Source: Prorocentrum cordatum (Eukaryota). Taken from it: a DNA stretch of 55,745 nt. The stretch lies in assembly GCA_963575745.1 (NCBI GenBank), contig CAUYUJ010000138.1, positions 62,001 through 117,745 of the forward strand. The letters are read 5' to 3'. Below are positions 1-11,629 of this stretch, piece by piece; the stretch's first letter is position 1; every line of letters starts with the position of its first letter. The translations under genes were made by a program, and so were the position numbers. The notes beneath the pieces were generated by a model. It was given only the letters and a program-made list of their open reading frames with translations, was not told the origin of the DNA and searched no databases.

Positions 1-155
1 AGGGTGCTCCTGCAGTGCTGCAGGAGCTCACAAAAACTTCTCTTGGCCTACGTCCAGCGCGCAGCCTAGACGAGGTTGCACAAACAAGCAGGGTATGTCC
101 GCGGACTAGCGGTCTCCAGTTTTGCCTCGGGGCTTGCAGCCCCCAAAGCATCAGC

Positions 156-177
156 CTTGAGCCAAAATGGCTACGGA
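156..177 (-). other. Perfect genomic copy of the dinoflagellate spliced leader (DinoSL), probably the 5' end of a retroposed trans-spliced RNA
   Basis: Minus strand reads TCCGTAGCCATTTTGGCTCAAG, a 22/22 match to DCCGTAGCCATTTTGGCTCAAG. It abuts a (CCT)n tract and is followed by GCTGATG rather than a GT donor. Confidence 0.95.
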
Positions 178-2696
178 GGAGGAGGAAGAGGAGGAGGAGG
201 AGGACGACGACGAGGAGGACGAAGATGAGGTCGGCGCTTCCGCGATGGCATGCCCACCTGCGCCCTCCAGGGGTCGACCAGAGGGTGCCACAGAGGGGGG
301 GGGGGGCCAGGATCCAGGGTCGGCCACGCCTGGCGAGCCTGGCCCTCTCCTCTGGGGGCCCCTGGAGGCCACGGATGCCAGTGGGGCCTCTCGCCGAGCG
401 GCGAAGGCGAGGGCGGAGGATGGGGGGAAGAGAGCAGGAGGGAGCTGCGGTCGACTCGCATCAGAAGGACGCACGAGAAGGATGCACGGGCCTTGGACGC
501 CGACTTCGAAGCTTTTCGAGCGGGGCGCGGCTTGCGAAAGTGACCAAGATGGGCCGATGAGGCAACGACGCAGGGGCTCCCTTGGGAACATTTCCCTTCC
601 TTGCCGTGCGGGTTCACTGTAGGAGGGAGATAAGGGAAGTGAAATGTGAGGAGTAGCAGTCGGAGGAGGTGCAGAAGGAAGGGCAGGACGATTCAAAAAG
701 GATAATCCAATATATGCTTCCCCAATCTAGGCCTCTGGATGCCATGCACAGGACCGTCGGCCACCGATGCAGGATGATGAACGGCCAGGGTGGAACCAGT
801 GAGGGACTGGTTTTGAACGGATTTGGGTTGGGATCCAGATGGTGATTGTGGTGATGATGATATGTTGGTGATACAGCCGGACCCAGGACAGTTGAGCATC
901 CTTCATTGGATTCAAGAGCGTGAGACCCTCCGCCGGCCCAAACAGAAGAAACTTCGAGGATAAACTCCCCCAGGATGCCCCAGAACATCCAAGAAGCACG
1001 CACGAAGAACGTTAGGGTACCCTCCCCAGCCGACCTCGATCTTATACCTCGGTCCAGCTGTAACGATCGTGATGATGAGGAGGAGCCAAGAAACGTGTGC
1101 ACTACTTCGGCGTGGTCTTCCCTGTCCATGCCCGGTCTCGCTCTGGAGCAGCCCAGCTTCAGACCCAGCGCCGGGCAAAGCACAAAAGCGCCTTCGCCCT
1201 CCTGCTATCGCGCGCCCCCCCCGGAGAACCGGCCTCCCACCGCGAAGCGCGAGCCCAGAAGTCCGACCGCGGGGTGCCATGCGCGGCCGTGCTGGTGATC
1301 CCCAGAGCGCGTGTTGGCCCCGAGAAGGCCACCGAAGCCCCTCAAGACGACGCAGGGGGTGTACGGCAGGCTCGTGTCGTGTCGACCCGGGCGTTGGTTC
1401 CTGACACCGTGAGGATCGTGCAACCTTGATCGTTTCCGCAACGCGGGGACCGTTTTCGCAACGTCTAATCGTTCAACATATGGACCGATTCTGGGCCGCC
1501 GCCGGCGTTCAACGTTGAACGCCTGCGGCGAAGTTGCCGCCGGTCGACACGACCCAAGCCTACCGTGAGTGACAAGGGCCAGCAGAGGCTGCGAGCTATC
1601 GGTGGAGCTGGACGGGGTAAGCACACATTCGGCTGTAGCACACGTCCAGAGGACTGTCGACCTCGCTGGTGCCCAAGGCCCGCGCGGACCTCGTGGATCG
1701 GCGCTGGGCCCCTCCATGGGGCGCGGTGCGCGCCAGGGGCGGCGCTGGAGGCGCTGCCAGGGGCACAGCGCGAGGAGGAGGAGGAGGAGGAGGAGGAGGA
1801 GGAGGAGGAGGAGGAGGAGGAGGAGGAGGAGGAGGCGGGGGAGGAGGAGGGGGGGCTGAGGGCAGAGGCGGCGCCAAGGCGGCTGGAGGCGGCGGAGGCG
1901 GCGGAGGCGGCGCTGGCGCCGCAGGGCGGCGCACCGGGGAGCCAAGCCAATAAGGCTTATGCTTACACAGTTTCGTATCCTCCGATGGAAACGCCAGGCA
2001 AGGTGGATTCCCCCAAAATCGGCGCGAATGGGTGCCTCGCCAGAACACTGGGCGCTTCGGAGCGCCGTTGATTGTGGGCCCCATGCCCCAGCGACCCCTT
2101 GCACAGGGCCAGCGGTTCAGCCAGAGTCGCTCTTTGACGGCCTCGACGCGCCCCGCCCTGGACTCAAGAAGCCACGCGGGCGACAGACTGGTCGCTCCTC
2201 GATTTCTCCGAGGCGCCGGGTACCTGGCAGCGGGAACCTCCTCGCGCGCCAGGGGTCGGGATGGCGTAGGCCCACCAGGAAATCCCGTCATACTGCCCTC
2301 GAGGACACGGCGGGCTTACGCGAAGAGATCTCCTCCCGCAGACCACCATCTCAGCGCACCACGCGGCAATTTGCGCGCGACCGGACGTGGACAGCTTGCG
2401 CGCGAGTGTCTGCACAGTCGACTCATTCCGAGAACGCCAAACAGATACGCCAACGCCGTTTCCAGCCAGGCCAGTCCTGGTTCAAGGATGGTGCATTCGC
2501 AGTCCTGGCGTGGCCGGGAGGCGCGCAAACAAGTCCTGGGCGCAGGATGGACCTGGATCGGTGTTGGTGAAGTCTCTGGGGTCCTCTGGAAGTCCCCAGA
2601 GGTCCCTCCGCGGAGATCCCCAGAAGGCTCCAAAGGCCTCCAGAAGCCCAGGCGGGGCCCCTAACCTCCAAAAGCTAAATCTGCTGCGCTGCCCGC

Positions 2697-2795
2697 CTTG
2701 CCGTGCCCCTGGTTCCAGAGGCCGGCCAACGTGCGCAAGAGGCTCGACTTGCCCACGCCAGACTTGCCGATGACGACGAGCCGGGCCGGTCCATC
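2697..2795 (-). CDS. Exon, Walker A: DGPARLVVIGKSGVGKSSLLRTLAGLWNQGHGK
   Basis: tacag|GAT acceptor, AAG|gc donor, 99 nt; GxxGxGKS P-loop and LLR.LAGLW typical of ABCD/YddA. Confidence 0.95.
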
Positions 2796-4045
2796 CTGTA
2801 GGGAAACCAATAGATACCGATACCGCTACTCCCCAGACCTCGCCAGACCAGGGTTTCGAGGCGAATCCAGCGGTGGCGACGAGGGCCTCCCAGGAGGCCC
2901 AAGGGGGGGAAAACAAGGCGAGGCCAGTGGTATGGGTACTTCTTCTTCCCAGGAGTCCTCCCCTCCGAGCTTGAGGTCCAGGTTCTCCACCAGCGTACCT
3001 GCCCCGCTCGGAGGACCCCGGAAGCCTTCGGAAGGTCTTCGGGGGCCTCGCGAGGCTGGGCCCGCTGCACGCGCGCGGGGCCTCCAGTGGGACCAGGATC
3101 CCATGGCGGGCTCAAACACGCGGCCGAACGAAGGGCACATACGGAGGCGCGATAGACGAGCGGATCCGGCGCGACCCCAAAGGAGGGGAAGGTCTGGGGC
3201 TGCAGGGCCGCAGGGCGCGGCACCGCTTGGCGCATTGCGTGGCACTGCTCGGCATTGCACGGCTTCCTTGGCAGTTGAGTGGCGTTGCCTGGCACTGCGT
3301 GGCGAGGCATCAGTGGGCCAGGACCGAGAAACCAGGGAACGGAGACCAAGGGGCCCAGGAAGCAAGACGAAGGAACCGAGAAAACAAGACCAATAAGCCG
3401 AGGAGCCAACAACGACAAGACCAAGAAACCCGAGGAAGGCTGCAAAGCACCAAGACCAAGGAACCGCCCGAAGAAATAAGGAAACAAACCGAAGGAACCG
3501 CGAGGGACGGCAAAGCAACCCTGAGGAAGGCCACCGTAAGGAAGCACGACAAGGAACCCCCGAGGAGTATCGACGGGCCACGCCCTCCACCCACCGATTG
3601 TCCTCAAAAGCAGAGAAGAGACTCCTTAGGCAAAGCCTACTTGGGAAAAACGGCAGAATCCAGTAGCTGCTCTTTGTTCCGCCTTCCTCCATGTTCCCTC
3701 CTCATCCTTCTCATCCCTCGTCGTTCCTTCTCTTCCTCCACCTCCCTCTTCCACCTCCCGCCTCCCCCATCCTCCCTCCTCCTCCCTCCTCCCTCCTCCC
3801 TCCTCCTCCCTGCTCCCTCCTCCTCCGCCTCCTCCCTCCCTCTTTCATCCTCCTACCTTCTTTTCTTCTCCCTCGTTCTTCTCCTCCTCCTCCTCCTCAT
3901 CCGTGGGGCACGGTCATCCGGCGTCCGTACCGCGAGTGCGGAGATGCGCACCTCGTGGTCGGCGGTCGTGAAGCGGCTGACCTTGTCCTGGCTGGCGAAC
4001 GCGTCGACCTTTTGCAATCGTCGTCGTCGATCGTTGGTTGTCGTA

Positions 4046-4107
<62 letters not shown>

Positions 4108-7100
4108 AGTCGTAGTCAGTCGTCGTCTCCGTCGCCGTCGTCGTCAATCGTATGTGGCGTCAGTCGTCGTCAGCCGTCGATTGTCATCGTGGTCAGTCGT
4201 CATCGTCATCATCAATCGTTGGTTGTTGTCGTCGTGGGTTGTCGCCGTGGTCGACGCCAATCGTGGGTTATCGTCGTTGTCGCCGGCCTTTCGCAGGAGC
4301 CCGGTCATACGGTTCGCGGCTGATGCGAGGTTCGCCATGGTATGCGACGAGTTGTTGATGAACGAGAAACAGGCCACAACCCTCGCAAGGTTGAGACCGA
4401 CCTGGGGGCGGAGCAGGAGAAGGAGCAGGGGGAGTTGGAGGGCAGAGAGGGGGAGGAGGACAACAAGGAAAATGAGGAAGCGGGGGAGGGCAAGGAGGGA
4501 AGGCAGAGGAGGGGGAGGAGGAGGAAAAGGAAGCAAGGGATCAGCGGAGGCGGAACGGAGGAAGGAGCAGCAGGCGGAGAGCAGAAAGAGGCGGAGGAGG
4601 ATCAGCAGTAGAGGTTAGAGGAGCAGGGATCGAGACCCACCTGCGCGACGACCCCTACGTCCAGCCTCATCTGGAAGAACAACTGCGCCAACATCACGCA
4701 CGGGACGATGGTGCCTCCGGCCGTGAAAGCGAACGAGAACGAGGAGAAGGCCATCTCCCACGAGATCTTCTCCTGTTGGGAGGCGCCACAAGCATGCGCA
4801 ACCCACCAGCGTCCTGCTCGGGCAAGGGGAGAAGGCGGTGGTCAGGGGGGAATGACGCGGGCGAGAGAATGAGCAGGAACAGCAGGTGAACGGTGAAGGG
4901 TCAGGAGGAGGAGGAGGAGGAGGAGGAGGAGGAGGAGGGGGAGGGGGGAGAGGCAAGCTGGGCGCGCTGGCGTCACATCTGACGTCCTACCCCTTCCTCC
5001 CATCCCTTACCATAGCGTAGATCACTGATCTATTCGCGCATTCGGATGTCGAGCAGGGCAACGATCCCAAGAAGGTCCGCGATGGATTGACAAGCATGGC
5101 GTAGAAGAGCACGGCAGAGCATAGCATGTCATACCATGTCATGGCATTGCGTAGTGAAGCATTGCATCATCACTCGTAGCAACGCAAAAGCATGGTATCA
5201 CACAGCGGTGCACAACACAACATCGCATTGCATGCCGTAGCATTGCACCAAATGGCTTGGAGATTGAGTGGCTCGTCTACGAGAAGACAAAACCTGTCCA
5301 GAATGCAGGCTCCATGTCCTCCGCAACCGTGCCTGCCCGACGTGGGCGCTTTCGAATTCCAAGTGCCGTCTGGAGGCGCGGGAACGAGGCCAGCGCTGCA
5401 GCGGGAGCACGATTTTGAATGACCGAAGCGCGGAAATGAGGGCGGCGCTGCAGCGGGAACACAATTTTGGAAGAACCAGAAACGACCACATTGAAACGAG
5501 ACACATCGGATAACCAAATAATGGAATCCGGTGTAAAAAAACATACGTGGGCAGGACGGGACACTCTTTGGACAGAGTTAGGGAAAAGAGGAGAGTAGCA
5601 TTCTGATCTGTAACTGTAGAAGGAGGAGTAGCAGTACGATGATAGAGGGAGCACGCTGCGAGTGGGTTCTTCGCCCACGGGCCTTGCGAGCCTGCATCAG
5701 GTCGGCGAAGAAGGCATTGACGTCGGCCTCGACCTGGCGGTCCCCCGCCAAGAGCGCGATGCTCTCGGCGTTGTCGCGCACGTGGACCAGGAGGAGGAGA
5801 GTCAGAAGGAGCAGGAGGAGGAGGAGGAGGGGAGGGAAACAAATAAGCGAGGAGGAATATAAAGAAAGGCGAAGAGAAAGAGGAAAGAGAAGACAAGAAG
5901 GACAACGCGGGAAGTGGAGGAAGAGGATGAAGGAGGATACGGAGGAAGAAAACAAGAAGGATTGAGAGGGATGGGGAAAAAGAAGAGGAAGGCGACGAGA
6001 ACAACTAGGAGGCGCATGGGAACGAGGAGAAGAAGGAGCGGAAGAGTAAAAGGAAACGGCGACGCAAAAGGAACGAGGACGACAAGGATGGACGAGGACG
6101 ACAGGAAGCAAAGAGAGGAACCTTATAACAATGAGACGGGTGATATTGGAGAGAATCGAATGAAGAACAACACATAACAGAGCACTTGCAATCCAACATG
6201 TGCTCCTGTGCTAAACTACACGAGAAGCAACCTGATGGCGAATGAGGAGGAGGAGAGGAATTAGGAGAGAAGAGGAGGAAACCAACGATGAGGGGTAGGA
6301 GATCATACGGGGAGGAGGTGGATGCAGAAAAAGGCAGGTGGACCAACGAGTGCCGGTAGTTCGCCTCTTTGCTCGAGATGCGGTAATTGATCTCCGCGAT
6401 GCTCCGGATGAACCAGAGCGACACCAGGGAGCCGGCAAAAGTATAGAATACCAGCATCATCGTCACCTGAGCAAGTGGGAGGGAGCAGGGTCATCAGGAG
6501 AAAGATGATGACGAGTGAGCATCGAGTAGCACACGGAGAAAGGAGGCACGAAGGAGAGAAAACGAAGGACACGTCGAGGGGGAAGGGCATACAAGATAGG
6601 GGCGGTTATCGAAGAGGAGGATAGGGAAAAGGCTGAGGAGGAGAATGAGAAAGCTGAAGAGGAGGAGTGGTAGGAGAAGGAGGAGGAGAAGGAAGGGGAG
6701 AAGGAGCAGGAACCAATACCGAGTGCGGAAATGGGGGAGGCGGCTCAAATCCGAGCGCAGGAGGAAACGAGCGATCATCCGAGGAAGGAGAAGGAAAAGA
6801 GGCGGATGAGCAAGGGGAGAACGACGAATAAGGCTCGGTCTTGCGCTGAATGTCTGGGTTACCACTTGCGACCTCGAGCGAGATGAAACTAACACATCAA
6901 GCAACATCTGAAACCTCGTCACCTAATGTCGCAACGGTCGAGATCAGGGCTGGGAGCCCCGAACCGCGGTGACGCGGAAGACGAGAAGGAAAAGACCAGA
7001 GTAAACCCAAGATGCATCAGCGATGCTGCAGTACACCCTCCAGTCCTAAGTCGAACCCTCATGAATCCCAGCAAGCCTTCCTGTCCACGCCAAGAAGCGG

Positions 7101-10100
7101 CCCCTTGAAAGACCAGCACGCGATGCGCCTGCCATTCCATTGAGAGGCACGCTTCAAACTAGGAAGTGCCTTGCATGCTGCTTGCGGGTAATCCGCCACA
7201 CTGGCTCGAGGCACAAAGTGGCGTGCCATACGGTGCCGTTGAGTTCTCTGCGATCCCTAATGTCCATCTGTGTTCAAGAGTTGGGCGGCGTTTGACGGGG
7301 GGCGACACCCATCCGTCGGAAGAAGAGGGTAGAAACATGAAGTAGGGAGGCGTTGTTGAAGTAGATCGGGCTTCCGCCCGTCACTTAAAGAGGAATGACA
7401 AGGGGAAAGACGCTCGTTGATTGAAGTAGGGATGCGCCTAAAGTCGAGTGGTATTTGTAAATCTAGAAATACCCACTTTGAACAACCCGTGGTAGCATGG
7501 GGGGAGAAAGGTCCACGTCTGGCCCCAAAGGCCACCTTTAGGGGCCCGAAAGGGCCCCATCAGGGAACTCGAAAGGGTGGGCCCCGAAAGGGACCCTTCT
7601 CGGCAACCAACGCCGCCCCCCATTGATGCCCTCCACTACGCGCCCCCCCCATTGCGCGCCCACACTCCAAAATTCCAGGCGCTCTCGGTCGCTCCCGGCT
7701 TTGCCCGCGCGACTCTTCCAAAGGCAAGAGCGCATTGGTTGGTACACGCGCGTTCCACATGGCCCGAAGGGGACCCCCGAGGACCGTTCTCCGTGGAGCC
7801 CTCGTGGGCGCCTCCTGGGCTGGGGGCTCCAGGAGGGCGGCCCAAAGAGGCTACACACGTCAACGTCCATCGGTCTTCAGAGCGCCCAAGGCGGCCCACG
7901 AGGCGCCCAAGAGCGTCCAAACACGCCCCACGGGCCCCCAAGAGGGGCCCGATGGGCCCCCGAGATGGCCCCAAGGAGGACTCAAGACGGGGAGCACAAA
8001 CTGACATCTTGAGCCAAACGCCTCCAAGTTGCAGGAGGCCCCAAGCGGACGCCGCCCCGAAAACCGCCCCCGAGAGACTTCCGAAACGTCTCCCAATAGA
8101 TCCCCACGGGTACTCAAGGGGCCTCTGACCGTGAACCCATGCTCAATAGCGAAATTCACCGAAGGCCACTTGATCCGCGCCCCCAGGCTGGCTTGCCACA
8201 AGGGTGCACGGCGTGCCAGACTTTTGTTTGACACGAGATCTCAAGGCCTTCGGCCCAACCCGCCGACTACCTGGGGAGCCGCGTATAGACCGTAACCTGC
8301 AGAATAACTTGTCCCAAGACGGCCAATATGGCCTGCAAGATGCTTCCAAGACGGTCAAGATGGCCTAAGATGGCATCCAAGACGGTCCCACGATGTCTCC
8401 AAGCCGGGCCAAGATGCCCCCAAGAACGCCTCAGGATCGCCCAAGACGGCCCAAGAGGACCTCCAGGAAGACCCGAAGAGGCCCGAATCCTTGATTGTTC
8501 TTCGATGATTGGAGGAGCGTGGCGTTTGCTCATGTTCACGTTCCCGACGGCCCAAGGCAGCCCCAGAGGCCACCAGTAATGGCCCCAAGAGCGCCCAAGG
8601 GGCCCGCAAGACGGCTGGCGACGGTGTCAGGCAGGCCAGGAACGCCCCAGACGGCCAACGAGCCCCCAACCGTGCCTCCGAAGGCCATCAAGCGGCCCAA
8701 GGAATCCCCAAGAGGCCTCCAAGAGGCCACCAGGAAGCCCCCAGGAGGCCGCGACAGTGCCCCGAGAGGCTCCCAAGAGGCCTGCTCCTCCGCATCCTCA
8801 TCCCTTTGTCCTCCCTCTCCTCCTCTTGGTGTTTCTCCCCCATGTGTTGCAAGACGGGTTTCCACAATGGCTGGGGAACCAAGTAACCCGATAGCTTGGC
8901 AGAGCTCTGGCCGCAACGATCGACCACATGCGCCCTGCCAAAAAAAGAATGAGCGGCGGTGATTCGCCATGGGCGCCTTCGATCATGAAAAGCGCAAGAG
9001 GGGCATGGCCATACAATTCAAAGAAGAGTCCAACGACCTCCCCGAGTTGAAAGAGACCACCCCAACCTTTTCATAATGGCACCCCGACTCAGTCATTCTG
9101 AGAAGCAACCACCATCCAATAATGAGCGCCGAAGAATTCTCGAGCCTGAGACCTCCCCGACCCTCTCCCCTCGCGGCAAGGATGCAAGGCGATTCCTCTT
9201 CATAATGGGGCTCGGACCAGTTCTGGGAAGGAGCCACCCTAGCCGTGCACCTGCACCATCTGTTTACGATTCAAATGGCCGCCTAGCGACAACCCACTTG
9301 TCAACGGAACTGGTCTTCATCTGTGCGGCTGCGTGCTGACGACCTCTCAAGCAGACGTCATACGGCGCTATGGCGAGGGCTCCATTTGGAACAGGGGCCG
9401 CCCTCAATCCTGGAAGCTGCTGCAAACTTTTAAGACGACTGCGCGCGGCGCCATTGCAAGCCATCCCCTTTGAAAACGACAGCCCTCTACATGTTTTGAT
9501 TTGTCGCGACCTGATAAGACGAATGCACGCAGCGCTAAGGCGAACGCCCAACGCTGAACATCATCTCTGCTCAGTCCTTGACGCTGTTGCAGGTTTCAAG
9601 CTTCAGGCTCAAGCGGTGGGGAAGTCTGAGGCGAAACGCCCCACCAGCCCTACGACACATCTGGGGGTGCGGCGGGGAGGCGTTATTCATACGGGGGAAG
9701 GATGGGGAAGAAGAGAAGGATCAGGAGGAGAAGGAGGAATCCAGAAGCGGCGATCGCTTAGATCAACGTCGGGTGAATAAAAAACAGTACGAGGAGATAG
9801 AGGACAAAGGAGGAAGGGGAGGAGGAGAAGAATGACTGTCGTCCAGATGGACGAGGCGACAAGGAGGATATTGGAGACGGTCACCTGGGGGACGACGGTC
9901 CAGATGAGCACAGAGCTGCTCACCAAGGTCACGACCGCGGAGATGACGCTGAAGGTGAAATTGTTAAGCTCCGTGACGAACGTGAGGGTGTCCTCCTGTA
10001 TTCGCTGGTCCGGGTTGTCGACGGTGTTGTCCTTGCCCGAGTTCGAGTTCATCTTGTAGTAGGCCTGTGCCCCCCTCCTCCGCCTCCCGCCCTGCGCTTC

Positions 10101-11178
10101 CTGTCCTCATCCTCCCTGGTCGCCTTTTGTTGTTTTCCCACCCTCCTCCCTCATACAGAATACCCCACCCCCCTTTCTCCTTACTACCGCCCCCCCCCCC
10201 CACCCTCTCCCTCTGTCTAGGCCTGCGCCCCCATGTACCGCTTGAGCATGTACTGGCTCAGGTCCTTGCGCCACTCGAGCAACAGCATGGATTCTACGTA
10301 GCTGCCCACGAACGCGTCGAGGCAGCCGATCACGAGAAGCGCCAGCTGGAGCGTCCACGTGATGTGCCAAAACGAGTCCGCGTTCAGTGCAATTATGTTG
10401 TTCATCTGGATCCGAGCCAGGTACGTCCCGACCTTCGAAGTCAGTTCTCCTCCTGGCCGCCTCCTTCTGATCTCCGTCTCCTCCCCACCTGCTCCTATTC
10501 ACCCCCCTTCTGGCATCCTGGCCACTTCCTGCTCACCATCGTCATCATCACCATCGACCTACTCATTATCGTCACCAGTCATCTCCACCATCACAACCAG
10601 CCTGATCATCATGATCATCATCAACATCATCATCACAATCATCAGCTTCACCATCAGCAGCAACATCATCAGCATCATGTGAACCACCATGTTCTCACGA
10701 TCACCATCACCATCAACATCTCACCATCACCATGTTCTCACCATCACCATAACCATCAGCACCATCAACCCAATCGCCATCTCATCAGCATCGTCAGCTG
10801 CAGCAGCATCCTTATCATCTGCATCAGGCTCATCGAAAGCACCATCATCATCAGCGTACTCATCATCCTCACCATCATCGTCATCAGCAGCAGCATCATC
10901 ATCGTCGTCGTCAGCGTCATCGCCATCGGCATCATCATCGGCAGCAACATCATCATCACCATCGTCACCATCATCATGGTCGTCATCGTCATCGTCAGTC
11001 CCATCATCCTCTGCATCATCAGCACAATCATTTCATCATCAGCATCATCATCATCCTCCGCATCAACAACACAATATGGATCCTCATCCTGATCTTGATC
11101 CTGACCATGATCCTACTCCTCATGCGCATCCAAATCCTCCTCCTCATCAGCATCATCATTATCAGCATCATCGTCAGC

Positions 11179-11217
<39 letters not shown>

Positions 11218-11554
11218 ATGTTGGTGATGATGATGATCATCATCATCACCATCATCACCATCCTCGCCACCTCCTCTGCATGGCCTCCTCCACCTCCTTG
11301 TCGTTATCAGTACTCTCCTGTCCTCCTCCTCCTCCTCATGTCCTCGTCCTCATCCTGCTCGTGCTCGTCATCACCGTCACCACCACGACCACCATTATCA
11401 TCGTCATCAACAACATTATCATCATCACCCTGATCCTGAACCTGACCATGATCCTGATCCTCCTCATCCTTACCATCCGCATCCTCATCATAATCATGAT
11501 GACCATCATCAATATCAGCATCAGCATCAGCATCAGCATCAGCATCAGCATCAG

Positions 11555-11629
<75 letters not shown>

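Noticed and set aside
178..2690. Remaining NBD exons (Q-loop PQ.PY, LS.GEQQR, Walker B)
   Set aside because: Searched by eye on the minus strand and not found; presumably beyond the window.
8008..8018. Third DinoSL relic (CTTGAGCCAAA)
   Set aside because: Only 11 nt match and it lies inside a repeat family; not distinguishable from chance.
10400..10420. Alternative TG|G acceptor joining GVKL directly to ARIQ via the CTGGC.CGGA repeat
   Set aside because: The AG acceptor at 10433 keeps the VGTYL residues that the family spacing requires.
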